From NCBI GenBank assembly GCA_016124745.1, contig WGNC01000013.1, forward strand, positions 2,378 through 66,377: DNA of 64,000 nt, in the 5' to 3' direction. Below the pieces are notes generated by a model. That model was not told the origin of the DNA. It saw only the letters and a list, made by a program, of their open reading frames with translations, and searched no databases. The DNA is from Thiobacillus sp. (lineage in GTDB: Bacteria; Pseudomonadota; Gammaproteobacteria; Burkholderiales; Thiobacillaceae). A program made the translations under genes and the position numbers. Of the stretch, positions 9,239-20,393 are shown piece after piece; the stretch's first letter is position 1, and each line of letters opens with the position of its first letter.

Positions 9239-10395
9239 GCTGCTGCCTCCACCGCGCGCTTGGCTGCGTGAGTCAAACTTTCTGCCGCGATGATTGCCAG
9301 CCCCGATTCGCCCAGCAACTTGCGTCCCAGTTCGGCATTGGTTCCCTCCAGCCGCACGATCACCGGCACTTTCACGCCAACTTCCTTCACCGCCTGGATG
9401 ATGCCCTCGGCAATCACGTCGCAGCGCACGATGCCACCGAAAATATTGATCAGCACCGCACGCACATTGGGATCGAGCAGGATGATCTTGAAGCCCTGCG
9501 CCACGGTCTCAGGAGTCGCCCCACCGCCGACATCGAGGAAATTGGCGGGCGTGCCGCCCTCCAGTTGGATCAGGTCCATCGTCGCCATCGCCAGGCCGGC
9601 ACCGTTGACCATGCAACCGATGTTGCCGCTGAGCGCGACGTAATTCACATTGGCGGCGTTGGCCGCGGCTTCCTTGGCGTCGATCTGGCTGTCGTCGCGC
9701 AGTTCGGACAGCGCCTTGCGGCGATACAGGGCGTTGTCGTCCACGCTCATCTTGCAGTCGAGCGGCAGCATGCGGTTGTCACTGGTGACCACCAGCGGAT
9801 TGATCTCCAGCAGGCTCAAGTCATTGGCGACGAAAACCCTGTACAGCTGCGGCAGCAGGCGACAGAAATCCTTGTAGGCCTCACCCTTCAACTCCAAAGC
9901 GAAGGCCAGCGCCCGGCACTGGAAATCCTGCACGCCCAGCAGGGGGTCGCAGGTCTCGGTCAGCACTTTTTCAGGCATGGCGTGGGCGACTTCCTCGATG
10001 TCCATGCCGCCGGCAGCGGAAGCCACGATCGCGACGCGTTCGGTTTCGCGATCGACCAGCATGGACAGATAGAGCTCGCGTGCAATGGGCAGCGTTTCCT
10101 CCACCAGCACCTGATTCACCGGCTGGCCGTCAGGCGCGTTCTGGTTGGTGACCAGAGGTATGCCGAGCAGCGTTTCGGCCATCGCACGGACCTCGTGGAC
10201 GCTCCTGACCAGCTTGACACCGCCGGCCTTGCCGCGGCCGCCGGCATGGATTTGCGCCTTCACCACCCAGGCTTCGCCGCCCAGTTCGCTGGCAGCGCTG
10301 GCAGCGGCCTCGGCGCTCGCGGCAACGATGCCGCGCGGCGTGTTAATGTTGCCCGACCGCAATATTTGTTTGGCCTGGTATTCGTGCAGGTTCAT
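9235..10395 (-). CDS. sucC: Succinyl-CoA synthetase beta subunit
   Basis: [46 protein letters not shown]. Confidence 0.97.
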   Translation of the reverse strand: MNLHEYQAKQILRSGNINTPRGIVAASAEAAASAASELGGEAWVVKAQIHAGGRGKAGGVKLVRSVHEVRAMAETLLGIPLVTNQNAPDGQPVNQVLVEETLPIARELYLSMLVDRETERVAIVASAAGGMDIEEVAHAMPEKVLTETCDPLLGVQDFQCRALAFALELKGEAYKDFCRLLPQLYRVFVANDLSLLEINPLVVTSDNRMLPLDCKMSVDDNALYRRKALSELRDDSQIDAKEAAANAANVNYVALSGNIGCMVNGAGLAMATMDLIQLEGGTPANFLDVGGGATPETVAQGFKIILLDPNVRAVLINIFGGIVRCDVIAEGIIQAVKEVGVKVPVIVRLEGTNAELGRKLLGESGLAIIAAESLTHAAKRAVEAAA

Positions 10396-10397
10396 GT

Positions 10398-11588
10398 TTG
10401 ATGGAAGCTCGCCAAAACGCGCATTTTGAAGCAAACCCCCTTGATGCGGAAGCCGCAGAATCGTTTATTCGCGTGGTGCCGCGCATGGCCGACCTCGATC
10501 CGGCGGCCTGGGACGCGCTGGCCGGCGATTCGCCGTTTCTGCGCCATGCGTTTCTGCATGCGCTGGAAACCACAGGCTGCGTCAAGCCCGACATCGGATG
10601 GGAGCCGGTTCACCTGGCGCTGTTCCGCAACGGCCAGCTCGACGCGGCCATGCCGCTCTACATCAAGCATCATTCATGGGGCGAGTTCGTGTTCGACTGG
10701 GGGTGGGCCGACGCCTACCGTCGCCACGGGCTCAACTACTATCCAAAGCTGGTCTGCTGCGTGCCCTTCTCGCCGGTGCCCGGTCCGCGCCTGCTGGCAA
10801 AAAACGATGCCGACCGTGCCACGCTGATTCAGGCCGCACTCAAGCTGACTCAGGATCTGGGGTTTTCATCGTTCCACATCCTGTTCCCCATCGGGCCGGA
10901 CCATGCCGCACTCCAGGCGACCCCCCTGCTGCACCGCAGCGGCTTCCAGTTCCACTGGCATAACGCGGGCTACGCCAACTTCGATGACTTTCTCGCCGCG
11001 CTGACGCACGACAAGCGCAAGAAAATCCGTCAGGAGCGGAAGAAGCTGGACAAACTGGGCATCACGTTTCGCTGGGTGGAAGGCCGCGACAGCACCGATG
11101 AAGACTGGAATCATTTCATGCGCTGCTACGCCGACACCTACGCCCGCCACCGCAGCGACCCGCATCTGAATCACGCCTTTTTCGCCGACCTGCGCGCCAG
11201 CATGCCGGACAATCTGGTGCTGATCATGGCCGACAGGAACGACATGCCGATCGCCTGCTCGTTCTGCGTCAAGGACGGCCAGCGGCTCTATGGCCGCCAT
11301 TGGGGCACGCTGGAATACGTCCCTGGCCTGCACTTCGAAACCTGCTACCAGCAGGGCATCGAATACGCGATTGCCCATGGCCTGCAGGTCTTCGAAGGTG
11401 GCGCGCAGGGCGAACACAAGCTTGCACGCGGCCTCGTTCCCACCGCCACCCATTCCTGGCACTGGCTGGAGAATGCCGAATTTCGCGAGGCGGTGGATCG
11501 TTTTCTGGAGCGCGAGACCGATGCTGTCAGCCATTACATGGACGAACTCGACGGCCCTTTTCGTCGCGAGCCGCCTACGGGCTCTTAA
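10398..11588 (+). CDS. FemAB-like GNAT protein (DUF482 family)
   Basis: HSWGEFVFDWGWA, YYPKL...PFSPVPGPR, YGRHWG, LHFETCYQQGIE, FEGGAQGEHKLARG; true start probably downstream of 10398. Confidence 0.85.
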   Translation: MMEARQNAHFEANPLDAEAAESFIRVVPRMADLDPAAWDALAGDSPFLRHAFLHALETTGCVKPDIGWEPVHLALFRNGQLDAAMPLYIKHHSWGEFVFDWGWADAYRRHGLNYYPKLVCCVPFSPVPGPRLLAKNDADRATLIQAALKLTQDLGFSSFHILFPIGPDHAALQATPLLHRSGFQFHWHNAGYANFDDFLAALTHDKRKKIRQERKKLDKLGITFRWVEGRDSTDEDWNHFMRCYADTYARHRSDPHLNHAFFADLRASMPDNLVLIMADRNDMPIACSFCVKDGQRLYGRHWGTLEYVPGLHFETCYQQGIEYAIAHGLQVFEGGAQGEHKLARGLVPTATHSWHWLENAEFREAVDRFLERETDAVSHYMDELDGPFRREPPTGS

Positions 11589-12586
11589 ACCAGCACGGCA
11601 GTCAGATAGGCCGCATACAAGGCGCCGTTGACGAACAGGTGCCAGACCCTTAGACCGCCATTCAGCGCCGCCCAGCGCAGCCAGAACGCGGCGACCAGCG
11701 TAACGCCGACGCCGAGCAGAACCTCCTTTTGCGGGATCCAGGGTGTCAGCGATATCCCGATTGCAGGCAGCAGGGTGCCCTGGAACACCATCGCGCCGGT
11801 GATGTTGCCGAACGCCAGCGTGTCCTTGTGCTTGCGGATCCACAGGATCGAATTCACCTTCTCCGGCAGCTCGGTGGCGATCGGGATGATCATCAGCGAC
11901 AGCAGCAGCGCGGAAATGCCGATGACGGGGGCAGCCTCTGATACACCATGAATAAAGCCCTTGGCGCCAGTGACCAGCAACGCCAGCCCCAGCGCCAGTT
12001 GGACCACAATGAAGAGCAGGTTCTGCGGCAGCCCCAGGCGGGTCAGCAGCATCGGCGAACTGGCCTCGGTCGCATGGCCGTCTTCCACCAGCTTGGCCGA
12101 CGCACGCAGGGTCAGCATCACATACACGAAGTAGATCATCACCATGACGAAGGCCAGTGCACCGCGTACCCAGCCGTCGCCGTGCGGCACGAACATGGCG
12201 ACAAACGCCAGCAGGAAGGCCATCAGGAAAAAATCGAGGTCACGCTTGAGACCGGTCTTTTCGGGAGTGAGATGACCCTGGATACCGCGCCGCCTCAGCA
12301 CCGCCACGCTCATCAGGGAAAGTGAAAGCGTCGACAGCATGAGAGGTGCGCCCAGAATGGCACCGACGCCGATTTCCTGGTCGACGGCGTTGTCTCCCGT
12401 GCCGGCAAAGATCGCCAGCAGCGGCACCAGGGTTTCCGGCATCGCGGTGCCGACCGCGGCGAACAGCGAGCCGGTGACGCCCTCCGAAATGTGGAGTTTT
12501 TCGCCCAGGTGTTCGAGCGCGTTGACAAAGATTTCCGCCGCCACGAGGATGAGCAGCAGATAGCCGAGGAGTTCGAGAAACAGCAT
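11585..12586 (-). CDS. Sodium:calcium (CaCA) antiporter family membrane protein
   Basis: Two alpha-repeats (AVGTAMPE; PIATELPE...AFGNITGA); about 10 hydrophobic segments. Confidence 0.87.
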   Translation of the reverse strand: MLFLELLGYLLLILVAAEIFVNALEHLGEKLHISEGVTGSLFAAVGTAMPETLVPLLAIFAGTGDNAVDQEIGVGAILGAPLMLSTLSLSLMSVAVLRRRGIQGHLTPEKTGLKRDLDFFLMAFLLAFVAMFVPHGDGWVRGALAFVMVMIYFVYVMLTLRASAKLVEDGHATEASSPMLLTRLGLPQNLLFIVVQLALGLALLVTGAKGFIHGVSEAAPVIGISALLLSLMIIPIATELPEKVNSILWIRKHKDTLAFGNITGAMVFQGTLLPAIGISLTPWIPQKEVLLGVGVTLVAAFWLRWAALNGGLRVWHLFVNGALYAAYLTAVLV

Positions 12587-12980
12587 GGAAGCCAGCCAGG
12601 AAATAAAGCGCGATTCTATCAGTCCGGACCCGCACGGCCCGGCCGGGTTTTCACGTCTGGCCGAGGGGGATTTCCATGCTCGTCTCGCTGCTGTCCCGGG
12701 TATCGCGGTGGTGCTGTTCAGCGCACCGGGGTGCGGTGCCTGCCGGGCATGGAAGCGCCTGCTGCCGCAAGCGCTGGCCGACATCGCCGATGCCTTTCAT
12801 GAGGTCGATGTCAGCGAAGCCACCGGGCTGGCGCGCTACTACGGCATCTTTCACCTGCCCACGATCTACCTGTATCGCGACGGGAAATTTCATGCCGAAC
12901 TGCAGTCCGAGACGCGGCACGACTGCATCCAGCAAAGCGCGTCAAGACTGCTTGCAGAACCGGCGCAGGACGAACCCTGA
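12585..12980 (+). CDS. Thioredoxin-fold protein
   Basis: CGAC active-site motif, then YGIFHLPTIYLYRDG; start uncertain. Confidence 0.8.
   Translation: MEASQEIKRDSISPDPHGPAGFSRLAEGDFHARLAAVPGIAVVLFSAPGCGACRAWKRLLPQALADIADAFHEVDVSEATGLARYYGIFHLPTIYLYRDGKFHAELQSETRHDCIQQSASRLLAEPAQDEP
12613..12618 (-). promoter_or_regulatory. Putative -10 box TAGAAT for the antiporter gene
   Basis: Minus strand reads gaTAGAATcgcgc, 27 nt upstream of the ATG at 12586. Confidence 0.4.
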
Positions 12981-12999
12981 GGTTCAGCCCGGACCAGGC

Positions 13000-13452
13000 T
13001 CAGACCAACCAGCGTCCCAGAAACACTACGGCAATCGTCAGCAGGCCCAGGCTGAGATTGAGCCCGATCAGCCGGCGGATCTGCGCCAGCGCGGCGCCGC
13101 CGGCCTTCCAGTCCTGGGCGGCGACGGCGCGCTTGAGCTTCTTGTAGGGCGAGAAGAAGACGTGGCCGAAGATCAGCATCATGATCAAGCCGAGCGCGAG
13201 CATGGTCAGCGTGTAGTGCGGCGCGGCGACGCCGCCGAAGACCATGAGCATGTGCAGGCCGCTGAGCAGGATGAGGACGACCGACACCCACACCCAGGGA
13301 AAGAACCTGTCGAACACGCCTGACCACAGGGTGAGGCGCTGCGGTGGCTCGAGCACGGCGGCGGCGACGGGGCGCAGGGCCATGTAGGCGAAGAACATGC
13401 CGCCGACCCAGACGACGACACCCAACAGATGCAGAAACAGGGACAAGATCAT
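13000..13452 (-). CDS. Integral membrane protein, CopD/DUF4149-like
   Basis: LHLLGVVVWVGGMFF start and four hydrophobic helices. Confidence 0.65.
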   Translation of the reverse strand: MILSLFLHLLGVVVWVGGMFFAYMALRPVAAAVLEPPQRLTLWSGVFDRFFPWVWVSVVLILLSGLHMLMVFGGVAAPHYTLTMLALGLIMMLIFGHVFFSPYKKLKRAVAAQDWKAGGAALAQIRRLIGLNLSLGLLTIAVVFLGRWLV

Positions 13453-13539
13453 GGCATTTCCTTTGGTTGATTATTCAAGATGACGTGCGTGAGTACCAAT
13501 CCAGCGGGATTGCTGCCGGCGTGAATTCTGCAAGCAGCA

Positions 13540-14136
13540 TCAGAACAGCACAGCCTGATCGAGTACGAGTTTAACCGGTGCGAAGCTGCGGCGATGCTGC
13601 GGGCAGGCGCCGTGCGCCTTGAGCGCGGCCAGGTGGGCGGCAGTGCCATAGCCCATGTGCCGGTCAAAGCCATAGGCAGGGAATTCTATGTGCAGCCTGC
13701 ACATGAGATGATCGCGCGCCGTCTTGGCCAGAATCGACGCCGCAGCGATCGACGCCACCTTGTCGTCGCCCTTGACCACGGCCTGCGAGCGCCACGCCCA
13801 TTCGGGGCAGCGGTTGCCGTCGACCCAGACTTCGTCGGGTGGGAACCCCAAGCCCGCCACGGCGCGCTGCATCGCCAGCATCGTGGCATGCAGGATGTTC
13901 AGGCGATCGATCTCCTCGACGCTGGCTTCGGCGACACACCACGCCACGGCATGCATGCGAATCTCGTCCGCCAGACGTTCGCGCGCCCTGGCGGAAAGCT
14001 TCTTGGAGTCGCGCAGGCCTTCGATGGGCTTGCCGGGGTCGAGCATGACCGCCGCGGCGACGACCGGGCCGGCCAGCGGTCCCCGCCCCGCTTCGTCGAC
14101 GCCGCACAAGCCCAGCGGTCCCCAGTGCAGTTCCAT
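13540..14136 (-). CDS. rnhB: Ribonuclease HII
   Basis: [27 protein letters not shown]...IAAASILAK; start MELHWG at 14136. Confidence 0.96.
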   Translation of the reverse strand: MELHWGPLGLCGVDEAGRGPLAGPVVAAAVMLDPGKPIEGLRDSKKLSARARERLADEIRMHAVAWCVAEASVEEIDRLNILHATMLAMQRAVAGLGFPPDEVWVDGNRCPEWAWRSQAVVKGDDKVASIAAASILAKTARDHLMCRLHIEFPAYGFDRHMGYGTAAHLAALKAHGACPQHRRSFAPVKLVLDQAVLF

Positions 14137-14141
14137 GTGGG

Positions 14142-15266
14142 TCAGGCCAGATAAGGCTGCAAGGCTTCGGCGATGCGCGCACTGGCATCCTGCCGCAGGC
14201 TCAAGTGCATCGTTCGAAAGGTTTTCGTCAACTCGCGCCGCCGCGGCGCATCGTCGAGCCAGGCCAGCACATCGCGCGCCAGATTCGCGGGGGTGGCAAC
14301 CTCCTGCACACGCTCCGGTACCACGAAATCGCGCGCCAGGATATTCGGCAAACCGATCCAGGGCTGCAGGGCCTTTTTTCGCATCAGGTAGGCGGTCAGG
14401 GCGGGCACGCGGTAGGTGATGACCATCGGCTTCTTGAACAGCGCCGCTTCGAGCGTGGCGGTGCCCGACGCCACCAGCGCCACATCGCAGGCTGCCAGGG
14501 CGGCATGCGACTGCCCTGGCAGGATGTGCAATGGCAATGCCAAGCCCTGCATCGCATGCCGCACCCGAAGCGCAGCGGACTCGTTTGCGGCCGGCAGCAC
14601 GAACTGTGCGTCCGGGTGCTGTTGCAGGACCAGGGCTGCCGCGTCGAGCATGAGCCTGGCATGGCGCGACACTTCGCTGGTCCGGCTGCCCGGCAGCAGG
14701 GCGATGACCGGGCCGGTCGCCAGACCCAGCGTCGCACGTGCCGCGGCCGTATCGGGTTCGAGCGGGATCACATCGGCCAGCGGATGGCCGACATAGCTGA
14801 CCGGTATGCCGGCATCGCGATAGATTTGTTCCTCGAACGGGAACACCACCAGCATGTGCGACACCGCTTGCCTGATGCGGTGGATGCGCTCCGGGCGCCA
14901 TGCCCAGAGCGACGGGCTGACGAAATGCACGGTCGGAATGCCTGCGGACTTGAGCTTCGCTTCCAGCGTGAAGTTGAAATCCGGCGCGTCGATGCCGACG
15001 AAGACCCGCGGGCGTTCCCGCAGAAAATGGCGGGCGATGCGCGAACGGATCCATAGCAGCTCAGGCAGGTGACGCAGCACCTCGACATAGCCGTTGACAG
15101 CCAGTTTTTCGCTGGCATAGAGGGCCTCGACCCCTGCATCGACCAGGCGGGGGCCGGCAATGCCCGCTGCGCGCAAATCCGGGTGCGTCTGCTTCAGTGC
15201 GCGGACGAAGTGCGCACCGAGGAGATCGCCGGAAGCTTCACCGGCGACCACACCCAGATCAATCAC
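14142..15266 (-). CDS. lpxB: Lipid-A-disaccharide synthase
   Basis: [36 protein letters not shown]. Confidence 0.96.
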   Translation of the reverse strand: MIDLGVVAGEASGDLLGAHFVRALKQTHPDLRAAGIAGPRLVDAGVEALYASEKLAVNGYVEVLRHLPELLWIRSRIARHFLRERPRVFVGIDAPDFNFTLEAKLKSAGIPTVHFVSPSLWAWRPERIHRIRQAVSHMLVVFPFEEQIYRDAGIPVSYVGHPLADVIPLEPDTAAARATLGLATGPVIALLPGSRTSEVSRHARLMLDAAALVLQQHPDAQFVLPAANESAALRVRHAMQGLALPLHILPGQSHAALAACDVALVASGTATLEAALFKKPMVITYRVPALTAYLMRKKALQPWIGLPNILARDFVVPERVQEVATPANLARDVLAWLDDAPRRRELTKTFRTMHLSLRQDASARIAEALQPYLA

Positions 15267-16042
15267 CGGATGATGCCGCGCTCGGCGCGTGCGAGGAAAT
15301 CGAGCAACAGCTGCACTTCGGGGTGGTTTGCCGCCTCGGGCGCGAGTTTGGCCTGGGCCTCGGCCAGGGTATTGCCTTCACGGTAGAGAATCTTGTAGGC
15401 GCGCTTCAGGGCCGCCATCGACTCGGCCGAGAAGCCGCGTCGCTTGAGGCCTTCGCTGTTGAGCCCGTAGGGCGCGGCAGGCTGCCCGGACGCCATGATG
15501 TAGGGCGGAATGTCCTTGAGCACCACGCTGGCGATACCGGTCATCACGTGCGCACCGACCTTGCAGAACTGGTGCACGCCGGTAAAACCGCCGAGAATCG
15601 CCCAGTCGCCGATCTCGGCATGGCCCGCCAGCGAGGCGTTGTTGGCGAAAATGGTGCGATCACCCACCAGACAGTCGTGTGCGATGTGGACGTAGGCCAT
15701 GATCCAGTTGTACGAGCCGATGCGGGTGACGCCACGGTCCTGCACGGTGCCCGTATTGAAGGTGCAGAACTCGCGGATGACGTTGTGGTTGCCGATTTCG
15801 AGCCGGGTAGGCTCACCGTCGTATTTCTTGTCCTGCGGCGCTTCGCCGAGCGAGACGAAATGGAAGATCTGGTTGTGCACGCCGATCTTGGTATGGCCCG
15901 TGATCACGGCGTGGGCGCCAACCGTGGTGCCGGCGCCGATCTCGACATGTTCGCCGATGATCGTGTAGGGGCCGACCTCGACGTCATCGGCGAGCTTCGC
16001 GCCGGGTGCGACCAGTGCGGTGGGATGAATCAGGGTCGCCAT
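15263..16042 (-). CDS. lpxA: UDP-N-acetylglucosamine acyltransferase
   Basis: IHPTA hexapeptide repeats, PQDKKY, MAYVHIAHDC. Confidence 0.97.
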   Translation of the reverse strand: MATLIHPTALVAPGAKLADDVEVGPYTIIGEHVEIGAGTTVGAHAVITGHTKIGVHNQIFHFVSLGEAPQDKKYDGEPTRLEIGNHNVIREFCTFNTGTVQDRGVTRIGSYNWIMAYVHIAHDCLVGDRTIFANNASLAGHAEIGDWAILGGFTGVHQFCKVGAHVMTGIASVVLKDIPPYIMASGQPAAPYGLNSEGLKRRGFSAESMAALKRAYKILYREGNTLAEAQAKLAPEAANHPEVQLLLDFLARAERGIIR

Positions 16043-16043
16043 G

Positions 16044-16487
16044 TCAGGGCTTGTCGCGCAGGGTCGCCATCAGTTCGGCTTCGGCGACCATGGCGCCATC
16101 CACCTCGGCACGTCCGGTGTATTTCCAGATGCCGCGCATCTCGCGCACGATGTTGACCTTGAGCACCAGTTGATCGCCCGGCCTGACCGGCTTCTTGAAA
16201 CGCGCGCCGTCGATGCCGGCGAAGTAGACGACGCCGATATCTTCCGGCGCATAGTTCTTGGTCTTGAACGACAGGATCGCAGCAGCCTGAGCCATCGCTT
16301 CCAGGATCAGCACGCCCGGCATCACCGGCGCGCCAGGGAAGTGGCCGGGGAAAAACGGCTCGTTGATGGTGACGTTCTTGATCGCAGTGACGGACTTGCC
16401 GAGCTCCATCTCGGTAATCCTGTCGATCAGCAGGAACGGGTAACGGTGCGGCAGGTACTGCATGACCTGCTCGGTATCCATGATCAT
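16044..16487 (-). CDS. fabZ: 3-hydroxyacyl-ACP dehydratase
   Basis: [34 protein letters not shown]. Confidence 0.97.
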   Translation of the reverse strand: MIMDTEQVMQYLPHRYPFLLIDRITEMELGKSVTAIKNVTINEPFFPGHFPGAPVMPGVLILEAMAQAAAILSFKTKNYAPEDIGVVYFAGIDGARFKKPVRPGDQLVLKVNIVREMRGIWKYTGRAEVDGAMVAEAELMATLRDKP

Positions 16488-17515
16488 GATTGGCTTTCGA
16501 GTTCGTTGAGTCGCTTCTCAAGCTGCTTGACGCGATTCACCAGCTTGTCGAGGTTACGCATGTGGACGGCGTTCTTCTGCCAGACCTCGTGCTCGGAGAA
16601 CGGCAGCGCCGAGGTGTAGGTGCCGGCCTTGGGCAGGGATTTGGTGATCAGGGTATTGGTCGAAATTCTGGTGCCGTCGGCGATTTCGATATGCCCGAAT
16701 ATCATCGCCGCGCCGCCGATCATGCAGTGGCGGCCGATCCTGGTGCTGCCGGCGATCCCGGTGCAGGCCGCGATCGCCGTGTGCGCACCGATCTGCACGT
16801 TGTGCGCCACCTGGATCAGATTGTCGAGCTTGACGCCCTCCTCGATTATGGTGTCCTCAAGGGCGCCGCGATCGATGGTGGTGCAGGCGCCGACCTCCAC
16901 ATCGTCGCCGATCAGCACACGGCCGATCTGTGGAATTTTTTCCCAGCCCCCTGCGCTCGGCGCAAAGCCGAAGCCATCGGACCCGATCACGCATCCCGCA
17001 TGCAGGATGGCCCGATCACCCACTTCGCAGCGGTGATAGATCGTGACGTTGGCGTGCAGCAGACAATCCTCGCCGATGCGGGCCTGGTCGCCGATAACGC
17101 AGTTCGCTCCGACCACCGACCGCGCGCCGATGCGCGCGCCGCTGCCCACAACCGCGCCGGCAGCGATGCTGGCGTCCGCTGCAATTTCGGCATCGGCGGC
17201 GACCGTTGCTGCAGGATGGACACCTGCTGGCGGCCGCGGAGGCGGATTCAACAGCCCTGAAACACGCGCGAAATAGAGATAGGGGTTGGGGCTTAGGATG
17301 CGTGGCAGGTCGGTCGCCTCACGTGCGTCCACTGGCAATATGACCGCACCCGCGCCAGTGCTGGCCAGTTGGTTCAGATACTTGCTCTGTGCGACAAACC
17401 CGATTTCATCAGACGTGGCACGTTCCAGCGGCGCAACCTGCCGGATGATGCGCGCACCATCCCCCACAAGCTCTCCGCCAAAGCGGGCAACCAGCTCTGC
17501 AAGCGATACCGCCAT
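16484..17515 (-). CDS. lpxD: UDP-3-O-(3-hydroxymyristoyl)glucosamine N-acyltransferase
   Basis: Hexapeptide repeats, [26 protein letters not shown]. Confidence 0.97.
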   Translation of the reverse strand: MAVSLAELVARFGGELVGDGARIIRQVAPLERATSDEIGFVAQSKYLNQLASTGAGAVILPVDAREATDLPRILSPNPYLYFARVSGLLNPPPRPPAGVHPAATVAADAEIAADASIAAGAVVGSGARIGARSVVGANCVIGDQARIGEDCLLHANVTIYHRCEVGDRAILHAGCVIGSDGFGFAPSAGGWEKIPQIGRVLIGDDVEVGACTTIDRGALEDTIIEEGVKLDNLIQVAHNVQIGAHTAIAACTGIAGSTRIGRHCMIGGAAMIFGHIEIADGTRISTNTLITKSLPKAGTYTSALPFSEHEVWQKNAVHMRNLDKLVNRVKQLEKRLNELESQS

Positions 17516-17560
17516 GGCGCGACCTTAGTTCTTATAAACGGGACGATTATCCAAGTCGAA

Positions 17561-18061
17561 CTATTTCAGGGATTTCATCACCCGGTCGGTAATGTCGATC
17601 TTGGGATCGAAATACACTGCCTGCTCGACGATCAGGTCGTACTTTTCGGAACGTGCAATATCCTGGATCGCCTTGCGTGCACGTTCCTGAATCTGCCCAA
17701 GTTCCTCGTTGCGGCGCAGGTTGAGGTCTTCCCGAAACTCGCGACCCTGGCGCTGCAACTCGCGATTGAGGTTGCCCAGTTCGCGCTCCTTGTTCTTGCG
17801 CTCGCTGTCTGACATGGTCACGCCATCCTTGTCGAGTTGCGCCTGCAGATCGCGTGCCTGCTTGGCCATTTTCTGCAGTTCCTGATCGCGCGCCGCAAAT
17901 TCGCGTTCCAGTTTCTTCTGTGCGGTGACCGACAATGGCGCCTCGCGCAACAGTCTTTCCGTGTTGACGAAACCGATCTTGGTGTCGGCCGCCAGGGCGG
18001 GAGTCGCGGCAAACGCGGATGCAAGGACAAGGGAGAAAGCAAGTTGCTTGAATTTCATCAT
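17561..18061 (-). CDS. skp: Periplasmic chaperone Skp/OmpH
   Basis: Signal peptide, KIGFVN, coiled coil, DITDRV; between bamA and lpxD. Confidence 0.93.
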   Translation of the reverse strand: MMKFKQLAFSLVLASAFAATPALAADTKIGFVNTERLLREAPLSVTAQKKLEREFAARDQELQKMAKQARDLQAQLDKDGVTMSDSERKNKERELGNLNRELQRQGREFREDLNLRRNEELGQIQERARKAIQDIARSEKYDLIVEQAVYFDPKIDITDRVMKSLK

Positions 18062-18085
18062 GAATCACTCCAGAAACGAACGACC

Positions 18086-20386
18086 TCAGAACGTATTGCC
18101 AAAGGTAAATTGAAAGACTTCGGTCTTGTCGCCCGGCTTGCTATTCAGGGGTTGCGCCACGCTGAATTTCAGTGGGCCCAGCGGCGAAACCCACAATGCC
18201 GCCACCCCGAGCGAATAACGCAAATCGCCAAATGCGAACGACGAGTAACGGCCAAACTCGTCATAAGGACCGAAGGTGGCACCCGTATCGGTAAATACCG
18301 ACATGCGCAGGGACTTGTCATCCTTGAGTCCAGGCACCGGGAAAAAGAGTTCCGCATTGGCGACGAAACGGGTGTCGCCGCCAATTGCATCGCCATTTTC
18401 GTCCTTCGGACCCAGGGTTCCGGCCGTATATCCGCGCACCGAGTTGACACCGCCTGCGTAGAAGTTCTTGAAGAACGGCAACGGCTTGTCGTTCAGCCCC
18501 CGGCCGTACCCCACTTCACCGTTCAGCATCAGCGAAAAACTGTTTCGGAACGGGAAATAATTCTGCAACTGATACGAAAGCTTATAGTACTGCAGGTCGC
18601 CGATGGGCGTGGCCCATTCTGCCGCAAGCCGCTGCAACAGGCCGCTGGTCGGGAACAGAAAATCGTTGCGCGTGTCGCGCGCCCAGGAAGCGCTCAGAAG
18701 AAAGGTCGTGTTGGAATCACCATAATCCTCGACGAACTGGAGGTACTGTGGCGGGCTGTTTGCGAAAGTAGTGACCGTCGTGTTATCGAACGTAATGCCC
18801 GTGGAAATGAAATCACGCTCGTTGATCGGGAAGCCGAAACGAAAACCTGTTCCGATGGTGGAGGTCTGGTAGGCGCCAACGTCCGACTGCGCCTGGGCAT
18901 CGACATCGCGCCGGAAAATATCGTAGCCGAGGCTGACACCATCCAGCGTGAAGTACGGGTTGGTATAGGAGAGGGAGTACACGGTGTTGACGCTGCCCGT
19001 GTTCACTTGCAACGCCAGCCGATTGCCGGTGCCGAACAGGTTGTTCTGCGATACCGAGCCTGACAGCACGAAGCCGTCGGTCGACGAGAAGCCGGCGCCC
19101 AGCATCATGTTGCCCGTTGACTTTTCGGTCACGGCCACGTTGACGTCCACCTGATCCGTGGTGCCGGACACGCTTGGCGTTTCGATATTGACTTCGCTGA
19201 AGTATCCCAGGCGATTCAGGCGCTCGCGCGAACGATTGATCTGTTCTGCATCGTAATAGGCGGATTCCATCTGCCTGATTTCGCGACGAATCACTTCGTC
19301 CTGGGTCTTCGAGTTGCCCGACACGTTGATCCGGTTGACGTAGACGCGGCGACCCGGGTCGATGTACAGGGTGAACGCGACGGTGGCTTTTTCCTTGTCG
19401 AGTTCGGGTACCGCGTTGACGTTGGCGAAGGCATAGCCATCGTTGCCCAGTCGGTCGCCGATTTTCTTGGTGGTCTCGGTCAGGCGGTCGCGCACGAACA
19501 CTTCGCCCGGGACGATCGTGACGAGGGTCTGCAGTTCCTCTTCGGGCACCAGCATCTGTCCCGCTAGTTTGACATCGGAGACCTTGTACTGCGGCCCTTC
19601 TGTCACGTTCACCGTGATGTAGATGTTCAGTTTGTCGGGGGAAATCAACACCTGGGTGGAATCGACGTTGAACTCGAGATAACCGTGGTTGAGATAGAAG
19701 GAGCGCAGGGATTCGATATCCCCGCCCAGGCGGGATTTGGAATACTGGTCGGCCTTGGTATACCAGGTGAGCCAGCCAGGCGTGGAGGAGGAGAACTCTT
19801 TCAGCAACTCCTTTTCCGTGAATGCCTTGTTGCCGACGATGTTGATCTGCCGGATCTTGGCCGTATCGCCCTCGACCACATCGAACTGCACCGCAACCCG
19901 GTTGCGGTCCAGCGGGGTGAGCGTGGTCTTGATTTCGACCGCATACTTGCCCTTGTTGAAGTATTGCCGCTTCAGTTCCTGTTCGGCCTTGTCCAGCAGG
20001 GCGCGGTCAAGCACGCGACCGTCTGCCAGTCCGACCTGCTTGAGTCCGGCCTTCAGGTCCTCTTCGGTAAATTCCTTCGTCCCCGTGACTGTGATCTTGG
20101 CAATCGACTGCCGCTCCTCGACCGTGACGATGACTACCCCGTCGCGTGCCTCCAGCCGCACATCCTTGAAGAAACCGGTCGCGTAGAGCGCCTTGATCGC
20201 CGCCGCGGTTTTCTCGTCCGTCAGCACTTCGCCGACCTTGATGGGCAGATAGTTGAACACCGTACCCGCCTCGGTGCGCTGGATGCCCTCGACCTGGATG
20301 TCCTTGATGACGAAGAGTTCGCCGGCAAGCACGGATTGCCCGGCAAACATGACGGCTAGCGCGAGCGTCAAACGGTTCAGAATCAT
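18086..20386 (-). CDS. bamA: Outer membrane protein assembly factor BamA
   Basis: POTRA domains (IKDIQVEGIQR, LYATGFF), VRGY motif, terminal Phe; start at 20386 or 20404. Confidence 0.97.
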   Translation of the reverse strand: MILNRLTLALAVMFAGQSVLAGELFVIKDIQVEGIQRTEAGTVFNYLPIKVGEVLTDEKTAAAIKALYATGFFKDVRLEARDGVVIVTVEERQSIAKITVTGTKEFTEEDLKAGLKQVGLADGRVLDRALLDKAEQELKRQYFNKGKYAVEIKTTLTPLDRNRVAVQFDVVEGDTAKIRQINIVGNKAFTEKELLKEFSSSTPGWLTWYTKADQYSKSRLGGDIESLRSFYLNHGYLEFNVDSTQVLISPDKLNIYITVNVTEGPQYKVSDVKLAGQMLVPEEELQTLVTIVPGEVFVRDRLTETTKKIGDRLGNDGYAFANVNAVPELDKEKATVAFTLYIDPGRRVYVNRINVSGNSKTQDEVIRREIRQMESAYYDAEQINRSRERLNRLGYFSEVNIETPSVSGTTDQVDVNVAVTEKSTGNMMLGAGFSSTDGFVLSGSVSQNNLFGTGNRLALQVNTGSVNTVYSLSYTNPYFTLDGVSLGYDIFRRDVDAQAQSDVGAYQTSTIGTGFRFGFPINERDFISTGITFDNTTVTTFANSPPQYLQFVEDYGDSNTTFLLSASWARDTRNDFLFPTSGLLQRLAAEWATPIGDLQYYKLSYQLQNYFPFRNSFSLMLNGEVGYGRGLNDKPLPFFKNFYAGGVNSVRGYTAGTLGPKDENGDAIGGDTRFVANAELFFPVPGLKDDKSLRMSVFTDTGATFGPYDEFGRYSSFAFGDLRYSLGVAALWVSPLGPLKFSVAQPLNSKPGDKTEVFQFTFGNTF

Positions 20387-20393
20387 GGTTATT

